DNA of 32,000 nt from Cuniculiplasma divulgatum (GTDB taxonomy: Archaea > Thermoplasmatota > Thermoplasmata > Thermoplasmatales > Thermoplasmataceae). A program made the position numbers and the translations under genes. Positions 1 to 9,483 of this stretch are shown here, piece by piece (positions within the stretch are counted from its first letter, which is position 1; each line of letters begins with the position of its first letter). The notes under the pieces were generated by a model that was given only the letters and a program-made list of their open reading frames with translations, did not search any database and had not been told where the DNA came from. The DNA is taken from NCBI RefSeq assembly GCF_900083515.1, contig NZ_LT671858.1, forward strand, positions 990,001 through 1,022,000, in the 5' to 3' direction.

Positions 1-1
1 T

Positions 2-1690
2 ACAACAAGCAAATATGCCAATGGAGGCGTCACCATGGGATTCGAGGTTCTAACAGAGGCAAGATCAGGTTATGAAAACACAACATCCCTGTTGCCAGAT
101 CCTGTAAAGGCCATCACTGCCCAGAGTGTAAGAATTAACGGCAGATGGATCCAGGTATCAAATTTCTCGTTCAACAATATTGGAGAGGACTGGTTTAATG
201 ATGGCGCGACGAGTTCTCCAGGAATGAATCTATGGTCCACTGAAGGACATCTTCAGAATTCAACCATAAGCAACGGCACACTCATATTCAGCAATACAGG
301 TAAACAGATGTTCGACATTCCTGTTACGCAGCAGTATACGGTGGCATATCCACTCTACGGGAAATACACATATCCCTATGAAAATATGAATCTTTCACTG
401 AATTACGCAGATGCGAAGTTGCTGTCCAATGATTCCATATATCTTAAAATAAACAATAATAACACACTTGTGAGCATCATATCTCTGGACAGTTCAGGCA
501 CGCTTCTTGGCTTCAGGAACCTTGTTTTGAATAATGGAACATATTACATACCAAACAGACTGCCCGATGGAAGGATTGCAGTTATAACAACGCTGAAGAG
601 CAATGCGAAATCTCTTTCCTACGATAACAGGATCGAGGAGATGGAATTAAGATCATTAAAAAGTTTCACATACAGTATATCTTTTATGGAAACGGACCTG
701 CCATCACATTTGGGATGGTATGTCAATCTGAGTAATGGATTCTATTCCGGTCAAATATCATCATCCAGCTATACCTTTGCATTACCAAATGGAACTTACA
801 ACTTTACTGTTGCATCCAGCATTAAATCCTTCATTCCTGATCCTGCCCATGGAACTATCACCGTAGATGAGAAATCCTTTACTGTAACAGTCAATTTCAC
901 GCTCAATGGTTACAATCTAACGTTCAAAGAGAATGGCCTTCCGGACAATTATATATGGTATGTTGATCTAGCAGACGGGTACAGTTCAGGTTCTATCCAT
1001 AATGATTCATACACCTTCCATCTGATAAATGGAACTTATGACTACAATATTAGTGATAATAATGCAGCGTACAGGCCAAATATAACAATAGGTTCAGTAA
1101 GTATTAATGGCAAATCAAAAAAAGTGGATATTACAATTAGCGAAACCAGATTTTCAATTTACTTCGTTTCCTATGGATTGCCTGCAGGCACTGGATGGAA
1201 TATTAGCCTCAACGGAATAATTGAGCATTCAGATAATAGAACCATAACGTTCAGTGAATTTCCAGGCATATATAATTACACTGTATTCAATCTTTCATCC
1301 TATTATGCACTTCCCTACTCAGGATTTGTGGATCTTGTAAACAGTAATATATCTGTGACTGTTTCATACTTTTCCTACGCGTATCTTGCAATTGGCGTTA
1401 CTCCTACCGAATTTACACTAATGTTCAACGGAAAGAAGATGGATGGAAATTCATCCATTTCCATTAGGCTTGTAAGTGGCAATTATACCATATCCATAAT
1501 GTCCAGTGGCTATGTGACACAGAACATGACCCTATTTATCAGATCAGGCAGCAACGTTGAAATAATAGTCAATCTTCAGAAAGTACACAGCAGTTCATCT
1601 GTTTCACAGTTAGGCATATATGCAATTATGGTTGGTGCAGGTGCACTAGTTGGAATTTTATGGGGAGCATTGGTTTTCAGGAAGAAATGA
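2..1690 (+). CDS. Cell-surface glycoprotein, 5'-partial: unknown N-terminal region, 3 GLP-x-G-x-x-W/NGTY modules, one PEGA-like unit, C-terminal TM anchor
   Basis: The track ORF is 35-1690, but the frame stays open back to base 2 (TTSKYANGGVT precedes the first Met). No signal peptide follows that Met, so the gene probably begins upstream of the window. Residues ~212-448 (nt 668-1378) form three tandem ~80-aa modules (YSISFMETDLPSHLGWYVNL...PNGTYNFTV; YNLTFKENGLPDNYIWYVDL...INGTYDYNI; FSIYFVSYGLPAGTGWNISL...). A PEGA-like segment follows (nt ~1379-1579), then a TM helix IMVGAGALVGILWGALVF and an RKK tail. I counted about 25 N-x-S/T sequons by hand. Confidence 0.75.
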   Translation, partial: TTSKYANGGVTMGFEVLTEARSGYENTTSLLPDPVKAITAQSVRINGRWIQVSNFSFNNIGEDWFNDGATSSPGMNLWSTEGHLQNSTISNGTLIFSNTGKQMFDIPVTQQYTVAYPLYGKYTYPYENMNLSLNYADAKLLSNDSIYLKINNNNTLVSIISLDSSGTLLGFRNLVLNNGTYYIPNRLPDGRIAVITTLKSNAKSLSYDNRIEEMELRSLKSFTYSISFMETDLPSHLGWYVNLSNGFYSGQISSSSYTFALPNGTYNFTVASSIKSFIPDPAHGTITVDEKSFTVTVNFTLNGYNLTFKENGLPDNYIWYVDLADGYSSGSIHNDSYTFHLINGTYDYNISDNNAAYRPNITIGSVSINGKSKKVDITISETRFSIYFVSYGLPAGTGWNISLNGIIEHSDNRTITFSEFPGIYNYTVFNLSSYYALPYSGFVDLVNSNISVTVSYFSYAYLAIGVTPTEFTLMFNGKKMDGNSSISIRLVSGNYTISIMSSGYVTQNMTLFIRSGSNVEIIVNLQKVHSSSSVSQLGIYAIMVGAGALVGILWGALVFRKK

Positions 1691-1732
1691 GGTAACTTTA
1701 ATTTTTTGAAAATTAAACATTTATTGCCTAAA

Positions 1733-1751
1733 TTATCCTCGCAGAGGATAA
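1733..1751. terminator. Hairpin TTATCCTC-GCA-GAGGATAA between convergent genes (candidate bidirectional terminator)
   Basis: A perfect 8-bp inverted repeat with a 3-nt loop lies in the 208-bp spacer between the stops at 1690 (+) and 1899 (-). A related copy, ATCCTGTGAGAGGAC, sits at 1767-1781. Archaeal termination usually relies on T-tracts, so the function is uncertain. Confidence 0.3.
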
Positions 1752-1898
1752 TATGTAAGGGAAATCATCCTGTGAGAGGACAATTTCAATTTTAGACCCG
1801 TAAATCTTTATCTATTATCAAAGAATGATTGAGAATCTAAAAATTCAACTATTCAGGTATAACTTCTGTCTCTTTAAGATTCCTTACTCAGTTAAAGC

Positions 1899-4436
1899 TT
1901 ACCAATCTGTAAGAAAGAAATCTGTGTCAAAGCCTTCAGAAAATTTTACATGAAGCGGAATCAGTGCTACTATGTATATTATAAAAATTGGAGCCAGATA
2001 GTATAGGTATGAATTTGGCCAAACACTGGATTTAATCAGAAACCATATGGAGAAAATTAGCATGCTAGATTCGGTTATAAGATGGAGTGAAAGCGCCATC
2101 GGACCCTCTTCAATATCAATCCCATCTATTTCGAATGTAAACCATGTCATTATGGTGAATGCTCCTATTGGAATTATCATAAAATAGGCATAATTACCCA
2201 ATACAGGATACAGGAACATCCATCCCAGTGTATTTCCGAATGTAATGGCAGCGCCAGTTGATATATGGTAAAGAACAAGAAGTAGAAGTATGTTAAGAGG
2301 GAGCGAAAGTGCATAGACATACTTTACCAGAACAAGAGAAAAAAGCAGGATAAATGCCAGAAGCAACACCACAGAAGGAGTTGAATCGAAGACTGCACTC
2401 GAATGGAGAAGATAAAGTGTCGCTCCTGCTAAACCTCCTGCAATCGCAAAGGCCACATCGAAATAATCTGAACCTAATAGAAGTGATATCAGGGATCCAC
2501 CAATAAACAGGGCAAAAATTACAGTAATTACAATTACGACCTCGATTGTGTGACCAAAGTGTGTGCTCTCCGATATATTCCCCGCATCAACATGTATAGT
2601 TCCAGAGGAGGGATTTGCCGAATAAAGGTTGTCCCCTGAACTTATTTTATAATAATAGGTACCATTTGGAAGGCAAAAGATAATATTGCTGCCCGAAGAG
2701 GCATCCTTACCCATCCCATTGCTGAGGTTAACCATCCATACATATCCACCAGGTAAATTATTTTCAGAGAATGTTATTTTGAAACCTTCTTCAAAATTGA
2801 TGGAATAATTCATGTGCTCTCCACTGACGTTAAGGTAATTCAAATATCTGGAGGCAAGCATTGCCGTTCTGTTTGTTCCATAGGTAAACTCATATGTGCC
2901 GTTTGGAAGAAATATGTCCAGTATTCTTTGATTGCTTGAATAATTCAACCCGTTTTTAAAACTCACCCACCAGTAGCTACCATAGTTCAGTTCATATCTA
3001 TTAAATGATATCCCGTATGCATTACCAAGGGCCATAACAGTACCGTTACTGTCTGTAAGATAAAGTGTACCATTATAGAGAATGGGCTCTGTGCATATTG
3101 CGGATCCTGTGCTGTATGACCAGATGGTATTTCCATTGGTTCCAAGAGCGTAAACAAGGCCATTATTTCCAGCAAGGTATAGCCTGTGATTACTTGAAAT
3201 TACAGGAGATACAGTAATATCTTCACTTAACGACTTCTTCCAGATAAGTGTACCATTATACCTGTTAATGGAATAAAGAGTGTTTCCGTATGGAATGTAA
3301 ACATAGGTTTTGCATACGGCAGGGGTGTTGGTAAAATGGCCGTTTGGCAATGTATACTGCCATAGAATATTACCATCATTGTTTATGGCATAGAGAGTGC
3401 CATTAGATGTTGCGGCGTATATTGTTCCATCAAAATAGCTGGCAGAGGCCACAACGGGTGAATTAAGTTTAACCTTCCATTCCAATGTTAAATTAGAACT
3501 ATTGAGTGCATCCAGATAGCTGGAATTGGAAAAGCCTAAAATTACAAGGCCATGCTCCAGAGTTGGAATGGTATCGAGTGCCCATGGCATATTTCGATAT
3601 ATAGGTCTTATGAGGTCATTTCTGAACATGGAAATATTAGTATTTCCATTGAATGAATAGTAAAAGCTACTGTTGCATGCTGCAATAAGTCCGTATCCGT
3701 AATCCCTGTTAAAGATCATAGATCCTCCTATGGAGGAAACATTTATGTTGTTCCCACTGCTAGAATTATCCAGAGTTAGCCAAGGTCCCTCCGAGAAAAA
3801 ACATCCAATGCAGAAATCCTGAAGCATAATCTTTCCAGATGAAATTGCAGGATAATAGCTGCCCACAGAAGTTGGGTTATTATACATGGTATGTGCTGTA
3901 TACCCAGTCCACTTTAATGATCCTGAGGAAGTGGATAGATCGTAATAATAACCATATTCCTGGTCAGGTTCTGTTACTATGAGATTGTTATCATATTCCA
4001 GAATAGTATCTGAACCCCCACCAAGATTATATTTCCATATGAGTGAATCGTTGGATGGTCCAGTAGACTGACTGAAACCGTTATGAAAAGAACTACCCTG
4101 AAATTGACTCCATTCTGAATTATTATAGTTAACAGCAACATTTGAGGCAAACGAAGGTAATTCACTATCAGAACCTAAGGTTCCTTGAATATTTACAGCA
4201 TGTGAACTTTCCATCGCCATAGAGAGGAAAGAGATGGATAGTATCAGTGCTAAGAAAATAATTAGAACATGTTTACGTTTTTGTGATAAATTAAATATTT
4301 TGTGTAGCCTGTTTGAAATCTTAATGAATTTACTAACATTGTTTTTTAGATATTGTGTAATAAAACACAGTATAGCCTTCAATTCATTGTAAAGGCGTAT
4401 TGAATATTTAGAAAGCTTTTCAACGCTAATCCTCAA
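1899..4436 (-). CDS. Membrane protein: N-terminal signal-anchor, PQQ-like beta-propeller ectodomain, 2 GLP/NGTY modules, C-terminal polytopic (about 7-8 TM) domain
   Basis: This is an 845-aa ORF. A hydrophobic helix spans residues 57-75 (VLIIFLALILSISFLSMAM). Repeated propeller-blade motifs resemble PQQ/BamB-type repeats (GTLYAINNDGNILWQY, NTLYSINRYNGTLIWKK, GLVYALGTNGNTIWSY, GTVMALGN). Two modules occupy residues 473-628 (nt 2553-3020; FKITFSENNLPGGYVWMVNLSNG...LPNGTYYYKI). Residues 630-845 (nt ~1902-2548) are a string of hydrophobic helices with no Cys. Confidence 0.8.
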   Translation of the reverse strand: MRISVEKLSKYSIRLYNELKAILCFITQYLKNNVSKFIKISNRLHKIFNLSQKRKHVLIIFLALILSISFLSMAMESSHAVNIQGTLGSDSELPSFASNVAVNYNNSEWSQFQGSSFHNGFSQSTGPSNDSLIWKYNLGGGSDTILEYDNNLIVTEPDQEYGYYYDLSTSSGSLKWTGYTAHTMYNNPTSVGSYYPAISSGKIMLQDFCIGCFFSEGPWLTLDNSSSGNNINVSSIGGSMIFNRDYGYGLIAACNSSFYYSFNGNTNISMFRNDLIRPIYRNMPWALDTIPTLEHGLVILGFSNSSYLDALNSSNLTLEWKVKLNSPVVASASYFDGTIYAATSNGTLYAINNDGNILWQYTLPNGHFTNTPAVCKTYVYIPYGNTLYSINRYNGTLIWKKSLSEDITVSPVISSNHRLYLAGNNGLVYALGTNGNTIWSYSTGSAICTEPILYNGTLYLTDSNGTVMALGNAYGISFNRYELNYGSYWWVSFKNGLNYSSNQRILDIFLPNGTYEFTYGTNRTAMLASRYLNYLNVSGEHMNYSINFEEGFKITFSENNLPGGYVWMVNLSNGMGKDASSGSNIIFCLPNGTYYYKISSGDNLYSANPSSGTIHVDAGNISESTHFGHTIEVVIVITVIFALFIGGSLISLLLGSDYFDVAFAIAGGLAGATLYLLHSSAVFDSTPSVVLLLAFILLFSLVLVKYVYALSLPLNILLLLVLYHISTGAAITFGNTLGWMFLYPVLGNYAYFMIIPIGAFTIMTWFTFEIDGIDIEEGPMALSLHLITESSMLIFSIWFLIKSSVWPNSYLYYLAPIFIIYIVALIPLHVKFSEGFDTDFFLTDW

Positions 4437-4459
4437 TTCAAAATAATAATTCTAACCTG

Positions 4460-4469
4460 TTTATAAATA
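4460..4469 (-). promoter_or_regulatory. TATA-box-like element (TTTATAAATA) for the 1899-4436 gene
   Basis: An A/T box lies 24-33 nt upstream of the ATG at 4436. That spacing is typical of archaeal leaderless or short-leader promoters. Confidence 0.35.
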
Positions 4470-4669
4470 TTTCTTATACAATGTGGAACTATAATATATT
4501 ATATAGTTAATTATTACTTTATGACCTTGCCTAACCGTGGAATTGCCACCCCTTATTTCATATCTCTCGGTATTAATAGTATATCAAGAATAATTAATGG
4601 GGAGCAAAAATAATAATGTATATATATTAAATCCTTTAGAACGCAATCCTATGGAATGTGTGAGTATCT

Positions 4670-5011
4670 TTACCTATTAGATATTGAGAAATCATCCCTG
4701 AGTATTACGCCATCCTTAAGAGCATCTGTTATAAACCTATCATTCTTACTTTTCATTTTGTTTATCTCTTCTGGTGTGAGCATTATTGTCTCATATCCAG
4801 GTGGAAAATCTATATCTTTAAGCCTTTCCAGGGGATTGCCTTTGAAATCGCCAATAATGAGGAGATCAATATCACTCCAGAGATTAAAATCACCCCTTGC
4901 ATATGAACCTATGAGCAGAACTGAACATTTGAATGAGAGGTTTTTTGAATATGCTGTTGCATCATTAATTATCTTATTTCGTTTTTCTATTCTCTTTTCA
5001 ACAACTTCCAT
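4670..5011 (-). CDS. Minimal nucleotidyltransferase (MNT, NTP_transf_2-type), antitoxin-type partner of the HEPN protein
   Basis: The motif LLIGSYARGDFNLWSDIDLLII matches the G-S-x-x-R-G ... D-x-D signature of the Pol-beta-type NTase superfamily. The track start is 5047. I prefer the ATG at 5011 because GAGGTG (5020-5025) lies 8 nt upstream of it and nothing SD-like precedes 5047. Confidence 0.8.
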   Translation of the reverse strand: MEVVEKRIEKRNKIINDATAYSKNLSFKCSVLLIGSYARGDFNLWSDIDLLIIGDFKGNPLERLKDIDFPPGYETIMLTPEEINKMKSKNDRFITDALKDGVILRDDFSISNR

Positions 5012-5394
5012 TTTGCTTCCACCTCTTTGATAATAGTTTGCGAGCATAGTATGGCATCATTTGCATCCTCTACCGTGTAATAGTCATCAGGAGTCCCCTC
5101 CGACCACACATCGGTGTATCTAGTTGGAATGTAATACTTATCTATTTTCTTAGCTAGGTCTATTAGATTCTTATCGAAATCAAGATCTTTCAACAAGAGA
5201 GATACGGAATGCCCGAAAGAACTCATTCCTGTGCCCCTCAGATAGGCTTTAATTGCATATTCAGATGCCTGTTGAGCCTTAAAGCATGCCCAGTTATAAA
5301 ATTTGGATGAATTATCATTTTCTGCTGATCTTAATGTGGTTTTTGCATTTTTCATCCAGCGATTGAATTCATCCTCATCAAGATAGCTGGTCAT
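4987..5394 (-). CDS. HEPN-domain protein (toxin-type partner of the MNT)
   Basis: This 135-aa protein has an all-helical pattern with family hallmarks: FYNWACFKAQQASEYAIKAYL ... GHSVSLLL ... YYIPTRY. It lies immediately upstream of the NTase gene and overlaps it by 25 nt. Confidence 0.8.
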   Translation of the reverse strand: MTSYLDEDEFNRWMKNAKTTLRSAENDNSSKFYNWACFKAQQASEYAIKAYLRGTGMSSFGHSVSLLLKDLDFDKNLIDLAKKIDKYYIPTRYTDVWSEGTPDDYYTVEDANDAILCSQTIIKEVEAKWKLLKRE

Positions 5395-5679
5395 TATACC
5401 TACTGAACAGCATAGAATATATTAAGATTGTCCGAGGGCAATTTTGATATATTGTTTTACCAGTAAGTTATAACTTTATCTTTTTTTTTCCTTAACTCAA
5501 AGTCTTTTATAGACAAATATAAAAACATTTTCATGCTTTAAGAAATACGAGTTTCCTCTTCTTTCTTTACAGTGTTTACTGAAATTGTGTTGTAGATCAT
5601 GTTAAAGCCATTAATTAGCATACCAGCGTTTGCAGTCATGAAATATTTAATAAACATAACTATATTTCCTAATTAAATT

Positions 5680-7599
5680 ATGAGAAAGAATAGTCAAAAG
5701 AAGATTGCTTATAATATAGAATTACAGTTCTTGATTATTATAATTGCGGTTATTATATATATTTTCTTTTGGTCTATCATAGATATTTTAAGATTATACA
5801 GCATGCAGGACAGTGTTTTTGACTCAGGCATTATTTCACTCACCATGGGGTCAATATTTCATTATCATTACTTACCATACATAACGTATATGATTGCGTT
5901 TTCTCTCCTTAGAATAATATTTAGTCCCTTGATTTTAATTGATGGAATAACGGGAATGCTTGTAATTCAGGAGATCTTTTTAGGTTTACCTGCAATAGTT
6001 ATTTATTTAATAGCGAAAACCCATATAAAGGATAAAACCAGTTCGCTTCTAATCTCTCTTTCGTATCTGTTATATTTTCCCCTTGCAGGGGTAAATTACT
6101 ATGACTTTCACTTTCAGGCTTTTTTCATGTTATTTTTCCTTCTTGGCTATTTTACCTTTATAAAAGGAAAATATTTATATTCATCAATATTCTTCTTCCT
6201 TTCAGGAACTGTAAGATTTCCATACCTGGCTTTTCCTATTTTATTCTTCCTTTTGTTGCTTGTAGTTCAATTATACAATAGTTTTCAAAAGAGAGATCAT
6301 GATAAGAAGATCATGAATTATGCTTTATACAACCTATTGATTCTTGTTCCCTTATTTTCCATATCATATTTCATTCTAACCAGATCAGCATATTATCAGG
6401 ACCAAAATTCTTATCTTGGCGGATATCTTCACATACATGCGGGTCCTATACTGTCAAATTTAGAATTAAACATAACAAATAAGATCATCACCATATTACT
6501 TCTACTGGGTCCTCTTTTATTCATTCCTATCAGAAATAAAAAATGGATCTTATTTACAATACCATTTCTAGTGATATTGTTTTACAGTAATTATAATGTA
6601 TATGTTTATCCAAATTTCTATCACTTTCAGTATATGGTTACAATTGCACCATTTTTATATTTAGGACTGATCTATTCTATTACGATTGAATCAGGAAGTG
6701 TATTGAATAATGTTTCTAAAACGAGGATTAAAAAAGCAATAGAGAAATTTTATATTGAACTAAAAAAAAGAAAAGAACCTATAGGTGTGTTGATTGCAGT
6801 TATTCTGTTCGCCATGGTATTCCAGCCTTATGGCCCATTAAACACATCAAATTCCAATCCTTTCGACATGAATATTTTTCATCCAGATATTACAACATAC
6901 AATGAATATAGGGAGATAGCTAATCTAATACCTAATAATAATCCGTACGTAATTTATCAAAATAATTTACCATATATTGATGTTCATGATCCGTCCCTGT
7001 CCTGTTTGGCCTCCTTCCAGACCATTAATGGTTTTAACAACAATCTGTCTTTCATACTCCAAAATCTCACAGTAACAGATAATATAGATTATGCCTTAGG
7101 ATACATAATTGGATTCTCTGGTGGTAGCCAACTAACTATGTGTCAGGCTATGAACAAACTTTATCAGAAAGGTGACTACGGAATAGAAGCCTCAAAGGGT
7201 GGATTTATCCTATTAACAAAAAATTACAATGTGGCACCAATGATATATGAACCAATTCAGTTTAATTCCACCTATTCGGCTTCCTTTAACAAATTAAACA
7301 ATAGTAAAATTTCTACTTACTGTGATCTCATAATCCCAGGAACCTATAGCTTTAATATTTCATATAATAATACAGGCAACAATTTAATATTTAATAATTA
7401 TTCGATTATTAGCTTCAATTATAAAGAGGTGAATGCGAAGCTTAAACCGAAAATCACCCAAACGAATAATAGAACATATGTTTCTTTTACAATGAAATCT
7501 AACTATTTCCTGTATAATCCAAAGATTGAAATAGGCTATTCCGGGCAGGAGTCAAATTTAACATTAAGCATTGAAATGAAAGAGAATGAACCCCTTTGA
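5680..7599 (+). CDS. Polytopic membrane protein, DUF2079/GT-C-fold-like (paralogue A), with C-terminal extracytoplasmic domain
   Basis: This is a 639-aa ORF. The N-terminal ~330 aa contain about 9-10 hydrophobic helices. An acidic first-loop motif VFDSGIISLTM follows TM1, and the block FSLLRIIFSPLILIDGITGMLVIQEIFLGLP is present. The C-terminal ~250 aa are soluble and sequon-rich. It is a strong paralogue of 27351-29285. The family assignment is from memory of the DUF2079 pattern and was not searched. Confidence 0.8.
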   Translation: MRKNSQKKIAYNIELQFLIIIIAVIIYIFFWSIIDILRLYSMQDSVFDSGIISLTMGSIFHYHYLPYITYMIAFSLLRIIFSPLILIDGITGMLVIQEIFLGLPAIVIYLIAKTHIKDKTSSLLISLSYLLYFPLAGVNYYDFHFQAFFMLFFLLGYFTFIKGKYLYSSIFFFLSGTVRFPYLAFPILFFLLLLVVQLYNSFQKRDHDKKIMNYALYNLLILVPLFSISYFILTRSAYYQDQNSYLGGYLHIHAGPILSNLELNITNKIITILLLLGPLLFIPIRNKKWILFTIPFLVILFYSNYNVYVYPNFYHFQYMVTIAPFLYLGLIYSITIESGSVLNNVSKTRIKKAIEKFYIELKKRKEPIGVLIAVILFAMVFQPYGPLNTSNSNPFDMNIFHPDITTYNEYREIANLIPNNNPYVIYQNNLPYIDVHDPSLSCLASFQTINGFNNNLSFILQNLTVTDNIDYALGYIIGFSGGSQLTMCQAMNKLYQKGDYGIEASKGGFILLTKNYNVAPMIYEPIQFNSTYSASFNKLNNSKISTYCDLIIPGTYSFNISYNNTGNNLIFNNYSIISFNYKEVNAKLKPKITQTNNRTYVSFTMKSNYFLYNPKIEIGYSGQESNLTLSIEMKENEPL

Positions 7600-7953
7600 G
7601 AAACAGTACATGCAATTTTTAAAATAACTAAACAACAAAAAATATATGTTTCCGTAAATAGAATCCACAAAAAGTGAATCTAATCAATTTCAAATGAGTT
7701 TAGTGAAGAAATGCACATTAGAAAATAATAGCATTGCTTCTTTTCGATAGAACTTCGATTTAATAATTTGTTCCAGTTACGATAAGTTCTCTATTAAAAA
7801 TTAGGTCGTGATTGGTGGTTTCAGTATTAATAACGTCAATTTAGGTATTTACAAAAAGGTATCCTGTATTTAGAGATAGTTTGCCCATGGTTATTACAGC
7901 GCGTCTTACTAATATTAAGGAAAAGATAATGATAACTTAATGAATCTAATACT

Positions 7954-7961
7954 ATCTTTTT
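7954..7961. repeat. Target-site duplication ATCTTTTT (left copy) of the IS256-family element
   Basis: This 8-mer is identical to the one at 9219-9226. It directly abuts the terminal inverted repeat. Confidence 0.85.
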
Positions 7962-9218
7962 GATAGTGTATTGAATCTGCTGTAAAATTGAAAAGGTCCT
8001 GCAAGATTCAGATTTGGAGATGAAAAAAATGCAGGACCAAATGGAAATGGTGAAAGAAGTAATAAGCACTTTCCTGAACGACAGGAAAGAAGGAAAGAAG
8101 CAGCTGGTTGAATGGTTTCTCAATAAAGTGATGGAGGAAGAGGCGAGAATCCAGGTATCGGCTGAACCGTATGAGCGATCAGAAGAGAGGAAGGCACACA
8201 GGAACGGAACCCGCAAGAGAAAATTGAATACCACTGACGGTACCGTGGAGCTAGACAAGCCACAGATAAGGGAGTTCCCGTTCGAAACGAAGGTGTTCGA
8301 CCGTTATTCGAGGGTAGAGAAGGCACTGGATTCTGTCATGCTGGAATCCTATCTGCATGGAGTATCGACGCGTAATGTGATGAATGTGGTGAGATCGCTT
8401 GGAATGGAGAATGTATCCGCGTCATACGTATCATCGCTTGCATCCGGACTGGATGCAAACGTCAAGACATTCCTTGAAAGACCCATTGAATCTCCCATGA
8501 AATTCATGTACATCGATGCAACGTACTTCAAGATACGTGAGGATGGAAGGTACAGCAACAAGGCCCTCTATGTGTGCATAGGCATAAACAGCGAGGGGAA
8601 GAGGGAGATCCTTTCGGCAAGGCTCCATGATTCAGAAACAGAGATGCAGTGGGAAGCCTTCTTCGACAATCTAAAGGAGCGAGGATTGAAAGGCGTCGAA
8701 CTCGTTGTCTCCGATGGCCACAGGGGGATCATGGAGGCGGTATCACGCTCCTTCCTGGGAGCGTCATGGCAGTACTGTCATGTTCATTTCCTCAGGAACC
8801 TGATGAAGGTAATACCAAAGAAGAAGTGGCAATCGGTATCGCTCATAGTAAAGGAAGCCCTGGAGAATGAATCGCTCATATCAAGAGCACAGGATGTACT
8901 GGTTGCCAATGGATTGGAGGGTGCATCCGATATGTTTGAGAGATGGCATCCATCACTGTACAACTATCTGGCATTTGATCCAAATTGCTGGAGAAGATTG
9001 AGGACGACAAACGTGCTGGAGAGGTTGAACCTGGAATTCAAGCGAAGGACAAGGAAGATAGGTGCATTTCCTTCGGAGCAATCCCTGATGAGGCTTGTTG
9101 TCTCTATAATGATGGACATAAACGAGGAATGGATCACGGGGAGAAAGTATATTAGCATGGAGGGGAATTAGGATTGAGCTGGATCTTTTCGAAATTACAG
9201 CAGATCATGTACACTATC
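7962..9218 (+). mobile_element. IS256-family insertion sequence, 1257 bp, apparently intact
   Basis: Terminal inverted repeats are GATAGTGTATTGAATCTGCTGTAAAATTGAAAAGGTCCTGC (7962-8002) and, as the reverse complement of 9178-9218, GATAGTGTACATGATCTGCTGTAATTTCGAAAAGATCCAGC. They match at 32 of 41 positions, including the first 9. The element carries one mutator-type transposase ORF and is flanked by an 8-bp direct repeat. It is visibly more GC-rich than its surroundings. Confidence 0.9.
8020..9171 (+). CDS. IS256-family (mutator-type) DDE transposase
   Basis: Family-typical blocks are present: YIDATYFKIREDGRYSNKALYVCIGINSEGKREIL, LVVSDGHRGIMEAV, WQYCHVHFLRNL, TTNVLERLNLEFKRRTRKIGAFPS. The track start at 8014 is a TTG; the first ATG is at 8020. 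Confidence 0.9.
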   Translation: MKKMQDQMEMVKEVISTFLNDRKEGKKQLVEWFLNKVMEEEARIQVSAEPYERSEERKAHRNGTRKRKLNTTDGTVELDKPQIREFPFETKVFDRYSRVEKALDSVMLESYLHGVSTRNVMNVVRSLGMENVSASYVSSLASGLDANVKTFLERPIESPMKFMYIDATYFKIREDGRYSNKALYVCIGINSEGKREILSARLHDSETEMQWEAFFDNLKERGLKGVELVVSDGHRGIMEAVSRSFLGASWQYCHVHFLRNLMKVIPKKKWQSVSLIVKEALENESLISRAQDVLVANGLEGASDMFERWHPSLYNYLAFDPNCWRRLRTTNVLERLNLEFKRRTRKIGAFPSEQSLMRLVVSIMMDINEEWITGRKYISMEGN

Positions 9219-9226
9219 ATCTTTTT
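9219..9226. repeat. Target-site duplication ATCTTTTT (right copy) of the IS256-family element
   Basis: This 8-mer is identical to the one at 7954-7961. Confidence 0.85.
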
Positions 9227-9483
9227 AATGTTAATAACATTTATTGCGGATATTCCTAAAACATGTGTGTCTTAGGTTCAACATTATAGTTTACCGTTTT
9301 ATTGAAGAAGAAAATTTTTAAGAAAACTTCCATTTTTAATTTGAATATTATATGCTAAGAGTAAACATAAAGGAAATAGAAGGATGTTATCTAACTGCTA
9401 TAGTAATACATAAAATATACTCTCTATTCTTCAAGATAAGATAATTAAAATAATTTAAAAAATTGAGTTAAGAATTGGTTTGA

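Noticed and set aside
1767-1781. A second hairpin, ATCCTGTGAGAGGAC, downstream of the 1733-1751 hairpin.
   Set aside because: It has only a 4-bp stem. I note it as a sequence relative of the first hairpin, but it is too weak to call as a feature.
4656-5030. A 124-aa ORF on the plus strand.
   Set aside because: It is entirely antisense to the nucleotidyltransferase gene, which has clear catalytic motifs. It is low-complexity and Leu/Ser/Ile-rich.
7836-9158. Track ORFs 7836-8258(-), 8120-8326(-), 8349-8561(-), 8431-8628(-), 8649-8870(+) and 8964-9158(-).
   Set aside because: All lie within or across the IS256-family element, antisense or out of frame to a full-length, motif-rich transposase gene. 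They are best explained by the higher GC (fewer stops) of the element. ORF 7836-8258 even crosses the IS boundary.
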